Of a DNA stretch of 64,000 nucleotides, positions 1 through 28,613 are shown piece after piece; position 1 is the first letter of the stretch; each line of letters opens with the position of its first letter. The stretch comes from Amoebidium appalachense (taxonomy: Eukaryota > Protista > Ichthyosporea), in NCBI GenBank assembly GCA_963693365.1, contig CAVNZM010000003.1:649968-713967 (forward strand). The letters are read 5' to 3'. The notes beneath the pieces were generated by a model, which made no database searches, was not told the origin of the DNA, and saw nothing but the letters and a program-made list of their open reading frames with translations. Both the position numbers and the translations under genes were made by a program.

Positions 1-1488
1 TAAGCACAATATCGTCGGCGAAAAAGAGGGCGGGTGGGGCCTTGGAAGGCAACCCCCGTCAAGACTCTGCGGCAGTGAGCAAAACTTTTTTTGCGGACAG
101 CTCATTTATAATCGGGTATCTCCCCTGACAATTTGCTTCTCAAACCGGTGCAGCTTGATTATTGTTGTGTAAGATTTCTTTTGTGCGGTCTATGCCCTTA
201 AAAATAAGGCTAAAAGAGGGTTCATATGGAAGCTGAATTCAAAAGTAAGAACGATAAATTAATAGAGACTCGGATCACGATCATGGGTCGACAACACGGG
301 CCCCCCATCGCAACAGCTCTGCGGATCTACATACCCAAGTCTTGCCAACTTTGCAATTGGTGCTGGCTCGATTCAGGAATTTCATAGGTGTGGCGCCATC
401 ATGCCATGCCTAATATTCAAGGTATCCCAAATCGTCAAGGGAAAAAGCCAAATACAAGGGAATGTAGAAGGGAAACAAAGAAAGTTTCCGTACTAGAGGC
501 AAGTTTTATAAATATTATTTACGTTGGATTGCAGACCGCATATCATAGTACATTATATGGCAACCGGCGTCCGATTGGCCGAGCTTGCCTCACTGAGGAA
601 TGTGTAAACAAAGCGGTTTGAAGGTGTAGGGGGTTTCGGAAGTTCAAAAAATTTAAAAAAAACCTTATATCTCCACATCTGATGTCTATCTGATAAGTTA
701 TATCTCCACATAGAATTTGTATAATGTAAATGTAACATTGATGTCTATATGTATATCTTGTTGGGTGGAAGTACTGTTGGCCTTGGTGCCAACAACTCAT
801 CACAGCTCACCTACATGTCGTTAATAAACAGCACATTCCCCCTAGTTCAACACAGTAGTGGCGTTTTCCAAGCAGTAAAAAAAAATAACTGCGTTTAGAT
901 ACGATTTCAGTAAATAATTTCTGTGCTTGAATAATCAATGGATGTGAATTATAGACCTGTGGCTTTGTGCAACAGAAACTTGGAGAAACCGTCATATAGT
1001 TAGAGGCTACCTCATGATCAATGATTGAAACCCTGAAAATTCCATTTATATTTTTGAAAATTACGTAAGCTGTGGGCCAAGGCCTAAACTAATTATATCG
1101 CAAGAGCAATGAAAACGTGTATTTATAGACCTCAGGTCTACCACTATACTTACCCTCAGTGCAGTTTCAAGCTGTGCTCTGATGATATTTGGAGAACGGG
1201 AAAACTGTATGCCTATTTCATAGTAAATGTCGTTGCCACGCACTGAATTGTAGAGCCTTATATAAAAATCTATCTAGCTTAGTAAATCATTTGGGCGTTG
1301 ACGTTATTCAACATATTAGACCTCTCACTAATCTTTCTGGGGCACTCGTTTCTTTTTGCAAACACCACATCCAGCAGAGGCACCACTCACATCTTCAGGA
1401 GAGCACACTATCTGTCTATAGCCTCCTATTAACAAAAGGCACATAACCACGACCTTAGGCGTCTACGTCTAAGGGTGGTCCTGTCAAA

Positions 1489-20123
<18,635 letters not shown>

Positions 20124-20432
20124 GGTACATCCAAACATGCACCAACACACACATTCACACACAATATGTGTTCGGATGTACACCGGGTGTGTGTGTAATT
20201 TTCGACACGGCTTCACCTACATGTATGCGTGTGTACTTGCAATCGGCTAATCATGGAGAGTGTGTGTGGAACATAAAGTCGCAGGGGTGGGATTCCATGT
20301 GATTGGAAGGTGTGTGTGCACGTGTTTAATAGGACACACAAACGAGTGAGCATGCACTCCTCCGTATGCACATACACACACACAGATACTGTAAAACACA
20401 GAGGCTTGGATGCCTACTCAGAGACACACACG

Positions 20433-20478
<46 letters not shown>

Positions 20479-20486
20479 CACACACA

Positions 20487-20536
<50 letters not shown>

Positions 20537-20921
20537 CACACAGTGCATTCACCACGTACACTACACTACTTTTGCATCGAACGAAGACGGTATGCAGCCG
20601 TGGGTGGGGATATCATGAACCTGAGGCTCATGTTTGTTTATTAAATAATTTTGGCAATAAAAAGTGAAGCCATGCACGACCTTAAGGACTATGTCGTGGT
20701 TTCTCGATTATGACGTATTTTTTTTATCCATGTCCGGATTTTCCGAAAACGAACATTTTATATATGGCAATTACCAATCAGTGCGCTGAATTTATCGGCT
20801 CATCAATGACATCCTTACGGGAGCATTCGGTGATTACTGTGTTGATTATGTTTGCCCATTTATGTCATTGATCTTTTCCGCACATGATCCTAATTATATT
20901 TAGGCCTGGCAGCTCCAGTAT

Positions 20922-21013
20922 TGTTGGAATACGTCACCATGTATGACAGCAAGAGCCTTGAAGTATGTATGTGTCCTAGCTTGTTTGTATTCGTGTCTGC
21001 TTTCCTTCTTTGT

Positions 21014-21087
<74 letters not shown>

Positions 21088-21090
21088 CCC

Positions 21091-21123
<33 letters not shown>

Positions 21124-21858
21124 TATCTCTCTCTCCCTTGTTTCTGTGGGCACAGATATCTGTAGATCTGTGCACACCTGGCTCTCTTGCCTGATAAGAA
21201 CTTATTGTGTTTTTATTTCTATTTGCTCTCCTCTGTTTATCTGAGAGGTAGCGTGATTGGCTAGCCTCACTCGTTGTCTTTCCTTTATTTCAAAATGGCC
21301 TAGTTTTGTTCTCAAAAGGATGGCTCGCCAATAGTCGCGAGCGAGTACATCTGTAGATTGTGTTGTGCATTCCTGTCTGTTAATATATGTGTGTTGTGAT
21401 TGGACAATAGATATATATGGAATTCGGTTTATTGCAAAGTGTCTTCACTTTGAGAGTGTCGACTGTTAGGAAATATATGTATTTAAATAAGTTTCTTTAT
21501 AGAGACGAACATAAATATATATGTGAGTTAATAGTGACTAGATGTATAATTACTTAATTTATTTAAGTAAGAGTTTCTACACTTTAGTTTAATCGGAAGT
21601 TGGAATGCGTATGCTCTGTCGGAATGTGTTTTTCTATCTTCTGATAGAACCGATTGGTTCTCCCTCTTTAGTTGTGATAAGGTGATAAGTCGCAAGTACA
21701 AAAGGAACCGAGAGCACAATAAAGATTCAGTTGTTGTTTGAAATCTTTCAATGTCTCGTGAACAACTCCGATTGCCCTCTCATTAATGTGTTAGTCGTGT
21801 TTTACATGACACCTCTGTGCACTCTGCTCCCTAAGGCTTAGACCCGTACAAAACAACA
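20922..21858 (+). repeat. Copia-A 5' LTR
   Basis: TGTTGGAATAC...ACAAAACAACA; contains a (CT)n plus poly-C tract. Confidence 0.95.
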
Positions 21859-21976
21859 GGTTAAAGGCCCATTTTCGCACGCTCTCGCAACACATACTCT
21901 CGCTGCAATCAAAAATATTCAAATTTGAATACCGATCTGATTCCTCTCTCACGCATCATCTGACTGATTGATCACC

Positions 21977-23485
21977 ATGTCGGAGAAACCTGCGTATCTC
22001 AACCTCACCCCCTGGAAAGGGGATGACACCACGGACAAGAAGTCCGGCAAACGTCTCACCTATTATGAGTGGGAACCCGTCATCTTCCGGTACCTACGTA
22101 CCACCACCGCGGCCAAGTTAGTGCCCGTCATCAAGGCCCCCGAGTGGGTCGACCCTTCCGACGAGAATGAGTGGCACGGCTACGACACTGAGGAGGCCTA
22201 CACCGAGGCTTCCAACCTCCTTGAACAGATGTTTACTCAACTCGTCTCCAATGATGAGCTGTATAACTCTGGTCAAATCCACGATGATGTGTCACCTGCC
22301 CAAGCTTTCCACAACCTCCGTATGACCTATGCGGCTGAACGTGAAGATCGTGCTCGTCAAATCCTCCTCGACTACCATGAGCTTGAACTCAAAGACTTCA
22401 AGACCGTCACGGCCTACCTCACCATGGCACGCCGTCTGTGCACTACCCTGCACATCCTCGAAGAGCCCATTCCTCACAAGACTATGGTTGATAACTTCTT
22501 CATCCACCTCAAGAAGAACCGTAAGTTAGTTTGTACCGACATCCAGGCCATGATTGCCGACTACTTCCGTCGTACCATCAACTACGAGACCTACAACCGT
22601 CTAATCAGTGACATCCGAGCTGCAGAGATCCGTGAAGGTCTCATCGACTCTGGGTCCGGGTCCTCCTCCACCGTCCGAACAGCACGTGCCCTGCAAAGCC
22701 GTGTCCTCACCAAGGACGACCTCAGACACCGGATCCCCCGACGTGACAGCTCCGTCTCCCGTCACCCCCGCGGTCGTCCCACCGATCGATCCCCCTCAGT
22801 TGACCGTGATTACTCACGGTCCCGTTCCCCCGGCTATCGTTCCCGGTCACCCTACCCCCCACGTAAAGGGGGTAACCGTCATTCCCAGCCACCCCGAGCC
22901 AAGACCACTGGCTCCCTCGACTGTGCCTACAGTCACGAAGACCATCATGTCACACAGTGTGACAAACCTGGCTGCTCAATTGCCCGTCGTCACCGTGCCA
23001 ACACCAAGTCTGGAAAAGAGGTGCATTTTGCCCTCGTGTCCACCACGGCCTCCCTACCCATGGACCCCTGCTGGGACTCGGCTTCAAACGTCCACGTGTG
23101 CCCAGTAAAGGGGTACTTCTCTACTCTTGAGCCATGCCCCCCGACTGACGTCCACGGCCTCGGCATCGTCACTGCACATCACCGTGGTGTCATCAACCTG
23201 GCCGTCACCTACAACGGAGTAACATCAGTACTGAGCCTCAACACCCTCTATGTACCCGACTCCCCAGCCTTCCTGATATCACCCTCAATGGCCTCCAAGT
23301 CGGGTCTCCTTGCCCACCTCGATGATGAGGATGCATTCCCATCATACCTCTACACTCGTGGTGGCAACATCGTGTGTTCCCTCACAGGCACAGATGGACT
23401 GTACTTCATCACTGACTATGAGATACGTCCCTCCATCCTCTCGAACCGTCACTGCTCTGGTAGCCAACGTCAAGGTCAACAATGA
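21977..23485 (+). CDS. Copia-A Gag plus aspartic protease (frameshifted into the next ORF near 23430)
   Basis: Gag helical region, RS-rich tract, degenerate zinc knuckle CAYSHEDHHVTQC, protease motif WDSASNVHVC. Confidence 0.85.
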   Translation: MSEKPAYLNLTPWKGDDTTDKKSGKRLTYYEWEPVIFRYLRTTTAAKLVPVIKAPEWVDPSDENEWHGYDTEEAYTEASNLLEQMFTQLVSNDELYNSGQIHDDVSPAQAFHNLRMTYAAEREDRARQILLDYHELELKDFKTVTAYLTMARRLCTTLHILEEPIPHKTMVDNFFIHLKKNRKLVCTDIQAMIADYFRRTINYETYNRLISDIRAAEIREGLIDSGSGSSSTVRTARALQSRVLTKDDLRHRIPRRDSSVSRHPRGRPTDRSPSVDRDYSRSRSPGYRSRSPYPPRKGGNRHSQPPRAKTTGSLDCAYSHEDHHVTQCDKPGCSIARRHRANTKSGKEVHFALVSTTASLPMDPCWDSASNVHVCPVKGYFSTLEPCPPTDVHGLGIVTAHHRGVINLAVTYNGVTSVLSLNTLYVPDSPAFLISPSMASKSGLLAHLDDEDAFPSYLYTRGGNIVCSLTGTDGLYFITDYEIRPSILSNRHCSGSQRQGQQ

Positions 23486-24581
23486 TCCTCAGCTCTGGCA
23501 CCACCGTCTCGGCCATCGTGCCCTGTCCACCCTCACCAAGATGGTGAGAGGTGACCTCGTGACAGGCCTCCCCTCATCCCTCTCAGTGGCTGACACCACT
23601 GACTGCTTCGGTTGTGTCTCCGGCAAGACCACCAAGGCCCCATTCTCCGGCACCAGAACCCAGTGCCCCTTCCCCGGTGCCAAGTGGCACATGGACTTCT
23701 TCGAGCCTCCCTGTGCCTCCTATGGTGGCTACAAGGTGGCCCTCGTGTGTACCTGTGATGCCTCCGGCTACACCATCGTGTACCTCCTCCGTGATCGATC
23801 CGAAACTCTCGAATACGTCAAGGCCCTGGTTGAGACTACTGACAAGCAACCCGACAAGGTGGTGACCCACTTCCGTTCAGACTCTGGGTCCGAGTTCACC
23901 TCCCATGCTATGGAGCAGTACTGTCAGTCCAAGGGCATCATTCAGGAATTTGCCCCGGTTGACTGCCCCCAACTCAACGGCTTCGTTGAACGTAAGATGA
24001 GGGATCTGCAGGAGATCGTTCGGTGCTTCCTTCATCAGGACAAGGCCGACTCCCTTTCCCCCAAACTGTGGGGAGCTGCTCTCAAGCATGCTGCCTACAT
24101 CATCAACGTGACCCCGGCCAGAGCTGCCAATGGCCGTACACCGTTTGAAATTTTCTACGGTGTCAAGCCTGACATCTCCCACCTGCACGTGTTTGGCTGC
24201 CCAGCCTATGTACACGTCCCTGCATCCAAACGAGACAAGTTGGCCTCTACCGTCAAACTCGGCACCTACGTGGGCTGGGATATCACCAACAAAGCCCACA
24301 AGATCATGAATCTACGTGGCAACACGGTCAACCTCTACCGCGATGTCGTCTTCGACGAATCACAATTCACCACGGCATCCAATCAGATTTCTGTGCAGGC
24401 CACCAATCAGACGACCTCCATCGATCCAACCCTGCATTCCGGAAATTCCAATTCGGATGACGATGAAATTCCGTCGGTGATTATCCGTCGTTCCCCCCGT
24501 CGTGTACCTGCCCCCGTGGCTCCACCCACCCCCCCCCCCCACCGGCCAGCAACCCCTGCTGCCGGCCCCTGCCGTCAATGA
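23310..24581 (+). CDS. Copia-A GAG-pre-integrase and integrase (fragment of gag-pol)
   Basis: LWHHRLGH...CFGCVSGK HHCC motif; WHMD, RSDSGSEF, QLNGFVER DDE motifs; HVFGCPAYVHVP. Confidence 0.92.
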   Translation: MPTSMMRMHSHHTSTLVVATSCVPSQAQMDCTSSLTMRYVPPSSRTVTALVANVKVNNDPQLWHHRLGHRALSTLTKMVRGDLVTGLPSSLSVADTTDCFGCVSGKTTKAPFSGTRTQCPFPGAKWHMDFFEPPCASYGGYKVALVCTCDASGYTIVYLLRDRSETLEYVKALVETTDKQPDKVVTHFRSDSGSEFTSHAMEQYCQSKGIIQEFAPVDCPQLNGFVERKMRDLQEIVRCFLHQDKADSLSPKLWGAALKHAAYIINVTPARAANGRTPFEIFYGVKPDISHLHVFGCPAYVHVPASKRDKLASTVKLGTYVGWDITNKAHKIMNLRGNTVNLYRDVVFDESQFTTASNQISVQATNQTTSIDPTLHSGNSNSDDDEIPSVIIRRSPRRVPAPVAPPTPPPHRPATPAAGPCRQ

Positions 24582-26400
24582 CCACGTACCTGGTCATCTC
24601 ACCCCGGTTCGTCCTGGGTCTCCGGAGTTCCACTCGGCCCCGTCCAGCCCCGTGTTATCCGACTCCCCACTCAACACGGCACCCATCCCTGGCTTCCAGG
24701 CCCCCATCCCCGACCACCGAGTGTCTGTCCCAGACAACCCCCCGGCCCCTGAGCCCCTCCGTACCGTTCCCCGTCGTTCCTCCCGTCTCTCCTCCCGGCC
24801 TGCTATGGCTATGGTGAGCATCTCCCGACCCAGCCTTGATGTGTCTCAGCTGCCCCGGTCAATTCAGAAGCTGTGCTCTGGCACCAAGGGTGATGAAGTG
24901 GTGACTGCCCTCACTGCCGAGTACAAGGCTTTCATCGACAAGGACATCTTCGACGTAGTTGAGCCCCCCTCCGATGCCAACATCATCCGATTCAAGTGGA
25001 TTGTCACGGAGAAGGTCCTCAACTCTGCTGGTGACACCAAGATCAAGGGTCGTGGTGTGGCCAAGGGTTTCACCCAAGTCTACGGTGTTGACTACGGTGA
25101 AAACTCTTCCCCCGTCGTCATGTCCTCCTCCGTCCGTGCCCTGCTTGCCCTCGGTGTGCAACAGGACCACGAGATCCATCAACTCGACATCAGCACGGCC
25201 TTCCTCAACAGCCCCCTCGACGAGACTTTGTACATGGAGCAACCTCCTGGTTTTATCCTCCCTGGCAATGAACACAAAGTCTGGAAACTCAAGAAGGCCA
25301 TCTACGGACTCAAGCAGGCATCCCTGGCATGGTACGAGTTCTTCAACTCCATTCTCATTGCCCACGGCCTCACCCGTCTCCGTTCCGATCCGTGTGTCTA
25401 CTTCCGTCAGTTCCCCAATGGGCACATCATCCGTTCGGGCAACTACGTTGATGATGCCATCATCACCTGCACACGGAACTCCACCATCATGCAGGGGCTT
25501 GTTCGTCACATCACGAAGTCAGCCGAGTGCAAGGTCGGTCTGCCAGACATCTTCCTCGGCACCCAACTGCTGTACACCCGTGACTCCCTCAAGCTGCTGC
25601 AGTCCTCCTACATCAAGGACATCATCACCGACTTCAACCTGGTCGATGCCAAGCCTAAGGCCACCCCTATTCCCGTGGGCACCATCATCAACGAGACCTC
25701 CCTCTCATCCCTGCCCACCACCGTCCCCTACCGTGAACTCCTCGGCCGTCTGCTGTGGGTTGCTCGGTGCTCCCGGCCTGACATCTCGTATGCCATTGGC
25801 TACCTCGGCCGATTCAGCTCCAAGCCCACCAAGACTGCCTGGGAGCTTCTCCTCCGTGTCGTTCGTTACCTGCTCGGCACCATCAACCTCGGCCTCTACT
25901 ACAAGAAGAAGGCCCCCAACAGCAAGGTGCCCATCCTTGAGTGCTACTCGGATTCTGACTTTGCTGGTTGCCCCACCACCCGTCGTTCCACGTCTGGGTA
26001 CGTCATCCTCCTCGAAGGCTCCCCCGTCACCTACCACTCCAAGCTGCAGACGATCACTGCAACTTCCACGTGTGAGGCCGAGCTCCTGGCCCTCAATGCT
26101 GCCGTGCAAGATGTTGTCTGGCACCGTGATCTACTAAAGGAGCTGGGCTACCCCATGACCGAGCCCACCCCAGTGTACTGTGACAATCAGTCCACCATTG
26201 CTCTGGTCCACTCCAACACCATCAAGCACCGGACCAAGCACATTGCCGTTCGTTACTTCAACACCAAGGACTACATCAACAGTGGGGACGTCACTGTCAC
26301 CTACATCGACACCAAGAAGAACCTGGCCGACATCTTCACCAAGCCTCTGGCTGGTCCGGCCCACGACACACACCGTGCCAACCTCAGTCTCCGTGACTGA
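24502..26400 (+). CDS. Copia-A reverse transcriptase plus RNase H (joined to IN across a poly-C frameshift near 24530)
   Basis: KGRGVAKGFTQ, QLDISTAFLN, LKKAIYGLKQA, YVDD, YSDSDFAGC...RRSTSGY, STCEAE, YCDNQS, RTKHIAVRY, NLADIFTKPL. Confidence 0.95.
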   Translation: MYLPPWLHPPPPPTGQQPLLPAPAVNDHVPGHLTPVRPGSPEFHSAPSSPVLSDSPLNTAPIPGFQAPIPDHRVSVPDNPPAPEPLRTVPRRSSRLSSRPAMAMVSISRPSLDVSQLPRSIQKLCSGTKGDEVVTALTAEYKAFIDKDIFDVVEPPSDANIIRFKWIVTEKVLNSAGDTKIKGRGVAKGFTQVYGVDYGENSSPVVMSSSVRALLALGVQQDHEIHQLDISTAFLNSPLDETLYMEQPPGFILPGNEHKVWKLKKAIYGLKQASLAWYEFFNSILIAHGLTRLRSDPCVYFRQFPNGHIIRSGNYVDDAIITCTRNSTIMQGLVRHITKSAECKVGLPDIFLGTQLLYTRDSLKLLQSSYIKDIITDFNLVDAKPKATPIPVGTIINETSLSSLPTTVPYRELLGRLLWVARCSRPDISYAIGYLGRFSSKPTKTAWELLLRVVRYLLGTINLGLYYKKKAPNSKVPILECYSDSDFAGCPTTRRSTSGYVILLEGSPVTYHSKLQTITATSTCEAELLALNAAVQDVVWHRDLLKELGYPMTEPTPVYCDNQSTIALVHSNTIKHRTKHIAVRYFNTKDYINSGDVTVTYIDTKKNLADIFTKPLAGPAHDTHRANLSLRD

Positions 26401-27134
26401 CCCATGCACTGGTGTTCATCATCGAGTGGTTTCTGAGTAGGTTGGGGCCCTGGACAGCAGTTGACACACCTACGGTGATCAAGATGCCTCCCAACGAAAG
26501 TCTACTACTCCTCATCGTTTCTCTTCATCAGTGGGGACTCAGTCTTCCATCGTCATATGTGTGCATCTTCAGTGGGGATTATTCTCCACCATCCGTCGTT
26601 TATTTAGATTCATATCCCACCATATATATTGGTTTTCTTCTATATTCGACTTATATATATGTCGAACTGGGATGGCGTCCCCGGGCCAGTATAAATAATT
26701 ATCTATAGCCATGACGTGCTGGTTGACTGCCAGTCTAAACCTAGTCCACGGGATGCACCTTCCCCGTGTCTTAACTGGTTGACCACCAGTCTATAAATCA
26801 GTCCACAAGATGTTCATGTCTTGTGTTTACCTGGGTGGTCCCCAGTATAAACCATTAGCCACCAACACGTCACACATACACTTAGTCTAGTGTTTCCTAT
26901 ATATATATATATATATATCGCCGATAACCACCATGATTTCTTATTTCGAGTCTTCAGAGGCAACCGTCGTTGTGTGCCTCTTCAGTTTTGATTCTCTCCT
27001 TCCCACCTCAAGGATCTTCGGTTTGCATCCTCGAGTGGGGAAACTTGAGTGTGACGGCCCCTCCTGTGTTTGGACCTCACCTACCGTCACATCAACAGAC
27101 ACGAGAACACAAACTTCAACCCCTTGAGTGGGGA

Positions 27135-27247
27135 TGTTGGAATACGTCACCATGTATGACAGCAAGAGCCTTGAAGTATGTATGTGTCCTAGCTTGTTTG
27201 TATTCGTGTCTGCTTTCCTTCTTTGTGCTCTCTCTCTCTCTCTCTCT

Positions 27248-27309
<62 letters not shown>

Positions 27310-28065
27310 TCCCCCCCCCCCCCCCCCCCCGTATCTCTCTCTCCCTTGTTTCTGTGGGCACAGATATCTGTAGATCTGTGCACACCTGGCTCTCTTGCCT
27401 GATAAGAACTTATTGTGTTTTTATTTCTATTTGCTCTCCTCTGTTTATCTGAGAGGTAGCGTGATTGGCTAGCCTCACTCGTTGTCTTTCCTTTATTTCA
27501 AAATGGCCTAGTTTTGTTCTCAAAAGGATGGCTCGCCAATAGTCGCGAGCGAGTACATCTGTAGATTGTGTTGTGCATTCCTGTCTGTTAATATATGTGT
27601 GTTGTGATTGGACAATAGATATATATGGAATTCGGTTTATTGCAAAGTGTCTTCACTTTGAGAGTGTCGACTGTTAGGAAATATATGTATTTAAATAAGT
27701 TTCTTTATAGAGACGAACATAAATATATATGTGAGTTAATAGTGACTAGATGTATAATTACTTAATTTATTTAAGTAAGAGTTTCTACACTTTAGTTTAA
27801 TCGGAAGTTGGAATGCGTATGCTCTGTCGGAATGTGTTTTTCTATCTTCTGATAGAACCGATTGGTTCTCCCTCTTTAGTTGTGATAAGGTGATAAGTCG
27901 CAAGTACAAAAGGAACCGAGAGCACAATAAAGATTCAGTTGTTGTTTGAAATCTTTCAATGTCTCGTGAACAACTCCGATTGCCCTCTCATTAATGTGTT
28001 AGTCGTGTTTTACATGACACCTCTGTGCACTCTGCTCCGGACCCTTAGACCCGTACAAAACAACA
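27135..28065 (+). repeat. Copia-A 3' LTR
   Basis: Direct repeat of 20922-21858. Confidence 0.95.
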
Positions 28066-28066
28066 A

Positions 28067-28097
<31 letters not shown>

Positions 28098-28613
28098 CGG
28101 CCCCCCACAACCCCCCCCCCCCCCCCCCCCCCCCTCCACCCCCCCCCCCCCCCCCCCCCGCGCTCCACCCCCCCCCCCCCCACCAAACCCCACAAAACAA
28201 CAAGACGACCCCCCCCCCACCCCCCCACTCCCAACCCCTCCCCCCCCACCCACCCCCCTCCATCCCCACACCACACCCACCCCCCCACCCACCACTCCCC
28301 CAACACCCCCCGCAGGCCCTCCTCTCACCAAAATCGCCTTTTAACAACTCAGCCACTCCATGTCACCTAACCCCATGCACGAGCAAAATACCCCCTGTGC
28401 CTCCCTTTCTACTATATTCTCTCCTTCAACAAACATAATCTATCTACACCACATAGCACGTGAACACCACCAACAAGCACCCCCCCCTCCAACCTCTCTC
28501 AAAAATCAACAAAAAAACAAAACAAAAAAACAAAAAACCACAAAAAAACAAACAAAAAGAAAACAGACCACACCAATCGTTGAAAACGCAACGAGCGCGC
28601 CGACCAGCGTGAA

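Larger units (their letters stand above)
20922..28065 (+). mobile_element. Ty1/copia LTR retrotransposon, family A, full length
   Basis: Near-identical TG...CA LTRs at 20922-21858 and 27135-28065; PBS GGTTAAAGGCCCA at 21859; PPT-like gagtgggga before the 3' LTR; domain order gag-PR-IN-RT-RNaseH. Flanks AGTAT and ACCCC give no TSD. Confidence 0.96.

Noticed and set aside
770-845. Similarity to 37981-38058 (ctgttggccttggtgcc...taaacagcaca.tccccc)
   Set aside because: Probably an old dispersed repeat, but too short and diverged to define boundaries or class.
23420-24545. Programmed frameshifts in copia-A gag-pol
   Set aside because: Copia-B is continuous across the equivalent PR-IN junction and the second shift lies in a C homopolymer; mutation or sequencing error is more likely.
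24859-26137. Overlapping and antisense ORFs in copia RT (216 aa, 392 aa), and similar ones over copia-B (61221-62108)
   Set aside because: Shadow frames caused by strong C-ending codon bias; no recognisable motifs.
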